DNA of 64,000 bases, from assembly GCA_030141605.1 (NCBI GenBank), contig JAQGDQ010000579.1, positions 72,478 to 136,477 on the forward strand. Direction: 5' to 3'. Below the pieces are notes generated by a model. The model was not told the DNA's origin. It saw nothing but the letters and a program-made list of their open reading frames with translations, and ran no database searches. This DNA is from Tubiluchus corallicola. Taxonomy: Eukaryota > Animalia > Priapulida. Position numbers and translations under genes: made by a program. Numbering within the stretch: position 1 is the first letter of the stretch; every line of letters starts with the position of its first letter. Shown here piece by piece: positions 62,277 through 64,000 of this stretch.

Positions 62277-63693
62277 CTCGTCAAAAAACACTTGTGTTTT
62301 GCGCAGAATATGTTTCAACTCGGTCAACTCCAAATAGTTCCGTTTCAGCGCTTCTGCATTTGTGTTAACTTCCTTCATTTCAATCTCCAACTTTTCAAAT
62401 GTGGCCTGCAGTAACGAGATTATTTCTTTGCAATTATCCATTACACACAAGCTTCTTAGAGTTTTATTTTAATATACAGGGATGAGAATGACAAATTGCA
62501 AAAAACTCTGAAACAGGCCGGGGTTTTTAGGGCCGCCTAGGCCCCCAATGGGGTCGAGGATTGCAATTTTGTGACCATAGAGAGCCTCTAAGTGAACTTA
62601 AAATATCAATTACCTTGTTTCATGCATAATTTAAAATACCCAACTGTCAAGGATACATGATACCTAATTTCTCAAAAACACCTTAGTACTGGCAGCTCCT
62701 ATGCAAAAGTATATAAAAACTGTGTGCAAAAATCGCCCCTTATATCCGATGTCCCTTATAGCGGAAGTTGAGTTCGACCGAGTCTCACGAGTCTTGATGC
62801 TCGATGCTGATTCAGTCAGTCGGTTCTAGAACTAGAAATGTACTTGAGAGCAATATATCATTCAGCAACTGAAGAACTTGATGACGAATTGTAAATTGAG
62901 ATGTATATTTCAAATACGAGGGCCCGTGTGGGATCTTGGCATAGGCTTTTTAGGATGTAAAAAATATTTGATCATGGAATCCCTTATACGCGAGGTAATT
63001 TACCTGGGTTTCTATTACTCGGGACCTGAAGATATGGTCTCTTATAACCGAAAGTTCCTTATAACCGAGTACCTTATATACGAAGATTTTTGTAAGGAAA
63101 AACATTACGAAAAATCGGGACCGGCGTTGGTGGTGACTTATAAACGAATTTCCCTTATAAACGAGTACCTTACACCCGAGGTTGACTGTAACTCATGATA
63201 CTGCGAGTCGGTATCCAACATTTAAAGTAAAAAGCATAATTTTTCCTATCCTTGTCCATCTTGAAATATGATAAAAACTCTACATTTTAACACCTATAAC
63301 AATGCCAAACCATTTCTCATAATTAAATAATAGGTTAAAGCCTTAGTTTTAATGTGCCCAACCAGTGATGACATCACAGCTGAACATAATTATCAACAGC
63401 ACAAACATTCAATGAGCGTGTTGCAGGTGCTTATGAAAATTGAAGTACAACACTGAAGCAAAAACTCATGATAATATCACGCAACCAAATGAAACTACAC
63501 TTATTTATGACGTCACACGTCATCAGACCTGATCGTTACTGACAATACTAACTTCAAGCTCAACCATTTCAAGGTCAAAGTCAATCAATACTCACTTCAA
63601 GGTCAATCATTTCTCTCGGGGCGGGAGCGTCAGGATTATCACCCGTGTCCAACATCGGAATGCCATCTTTTTTAATCTCTTTTTCTATGAATC
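62277..63693 (-). CDS. ATP6V0A1: Inverted second copy of two V-ATPase subunit a exons (63596-63693 and 62277-62405)
   Basis: Splice sites are intact. The 98-bp exon is identical. The 129-bp exon differs only by synonymous AAC>AAT and ACT>ACA. Could be a paralogous fragment or an allelic haplotig. Confidence 0.75.
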
Positions 63694-64000
63694 CTGTAAG
63701 GATCAAATCAGCATTGTACATTATTCCAAGCTTGCAAGTAGTTTGGTACTTTAAGCAATGTTCTAACACTAGCATGGTGTATCACTACAATAAAACCAAC
63801 AATATAAAATTTACATTAGCACTAAACCAGCAAAACCGCCAAACTTGAACATTTTACAGAACAGCATACAGTTAGTTATGGCGTTAATGCAGCAATTTTG
63901 TAAAGAGTTAGAAAAATGGTTGCTATTCCCGTTAAAAAATCACAAGTCATGTAGTACGTTGGGTTTATTTTACTGTTATCAATTACATTTAGATACTTAG

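Larger units (their letters stand above)
56752..64000 (-). repeat. Inverted duplicate of 43748-51260 (continues past the window edge)
   Basis: 56752 pairs with 51260 and 64000 pairs with 43748. All MITEs, the 35-bp satellite and two exons are mirrored, with scattered SNPs and indels. Confidence 0.97.

Overview
AT-rich, intron-rich animal (invertebrate) genomic DNA. It holds three host genes, reconstructed by hand from GT-AG splice sites and reading-frame continuity. (1) DDX6/Me31B DEAD-box helicase, minus strand, six coding exons from 6505 to 495, running off the left edge. (2) A predicted 768-aa secreted protein, signal peptide-CUB-CUB-EGFx11-PAN/apple, minus strand, 37308 to 13019. Eight of its EGF exons sit in a near-identical ~742-760 bp exon+intron tandem array. 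(3) The 5' part of V-ATPase V0 subunit a (ATP6V0A1-like), plus strand, 41322 to 55290, followed by a >=7.2 kb inverted copy of its own 43.7-51.3 kb region that starts at a G-rich minisatellite. Intron 2 of the CUB-EGF gene contains a young, internally deleted LTR element that keeps only an F-type (baculovirus-F/errantivirus-like) envelope ORF, nested inside a related LTR. Also present: a 5S rRNA-headed SINE, tRNA-headed SINEs, a degenerate Penelope-type hammerhead motif, many MITEs (hAT, Kolobok-like, Merlin-like, Tc1/mariner-like), palindromic minisatellites and microsatellites. Family names come from recalled motifs, not database searches.
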